Assembly: GCA_021432655.1 (NCBI GenBank)
Contig: MU271363.1
Span: 3,757 to 67,756, forward strand
Source: Atractiella rhizophila
Lineage: Eukaryota
Direction: 5' to 3'
Length of the DNA: 64,000 nt
This document shows positions 63,687 through 64,000 of the stretch, piece after piece (within the stretch, counting starts at the first letter, position 1; each line of letters starts with the position of its first letter). A program made the translations under genes and the position numbers. Under the pieces are notes generated by a model, which did not search any database, was not told the origin of the DNA, and saw only the letters and a program-made list of their open reading frames with translations.

Positions 63687-64000
63687 GAGAACTTAGATGA
63701 CACTTGAGTCAGTAGCGGGAGATAAGAGGGATGAATGACAGAGGCTACGGAGCACGAGAGGGACCGACCTAGATGTCCACTTGTGGTCCTGATCCATCAC
63801 TGCCCACATTTCTCTCCACTTTGTCCGTGAGTCATCTCTTTTTTGACCTCGACGTCACGCAGCAAGCAGCGGTGGAAAGAGAGCCATGGAGTGCGATCCG
63901 GAGTGCGACAGAAGTTGTAGGATGAGGTGGGAGAGAGAATACGAGGGAGGGCGGCAGCATGGAACACAGGAGGGCATAGGACGCTGAGGGGTGACGAGGT

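Noticed and set aside
1..64000. RIP-like hypermutation of the repeats
   Set aside because: Repeats remain GC-rich with long intact ORFs, and no strong directional C-to-T excess was evident by eye. A dinucleotide-context count would be needed to exclude a weak signal.

Overview
This is eukaryotic DNA from a fungus, most likely a basidiomycete, judging by the 50-70 nt spliceosomal introns and fungal-type Copia and hAT elements. The whole window is a tandem array of a roughly 7-9 kb unit. Each unit carries (i) a minus-strand gene for a ~570-600 aa protein with an unrecognised N-terminal domain, a central F-box and a C-terminal LRR-like solenoid, (ii) a decayed remnant of an older paralog's LRR C-terminus just downstream, (iii) a plus-strand multi-exon pseudogene of a Zn-dependent xylitol/sorbitol dehydrogenase, and (iv) a conserved upstream block plus spacer. 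There are six complete F-box ORFs, one apparently intact copy cut by the window edge, one frameshifted duplicate, one 3' fragment and one unit whose F-box gene has been deleted. The F-box paralogs stay in frame and vary mainly at predicted exposed LRR strand positions, while every co-duplicated dehydrogenase copy is dead, a pattern like an immune-receptor locus under birth-and-death evolution. All copies with a 5' end share a hidden short first exon joined by a GC-AG intron that the ORF track misses. The array is disrupted by a complete 3,974-bp hAT transposon (TIRs, 8-bp TSD, empty site visible in a sister unit), a two-LTR Ty1/Copia element, a truncated Copia, a 2.1-kb inversion, a 2.0-kb tandem duplication and several deletions. 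The two unrelated Copia LTRs share a covarying hairpin/repeat architecture. All functional statements are inferences from manual reading; no searches were run.
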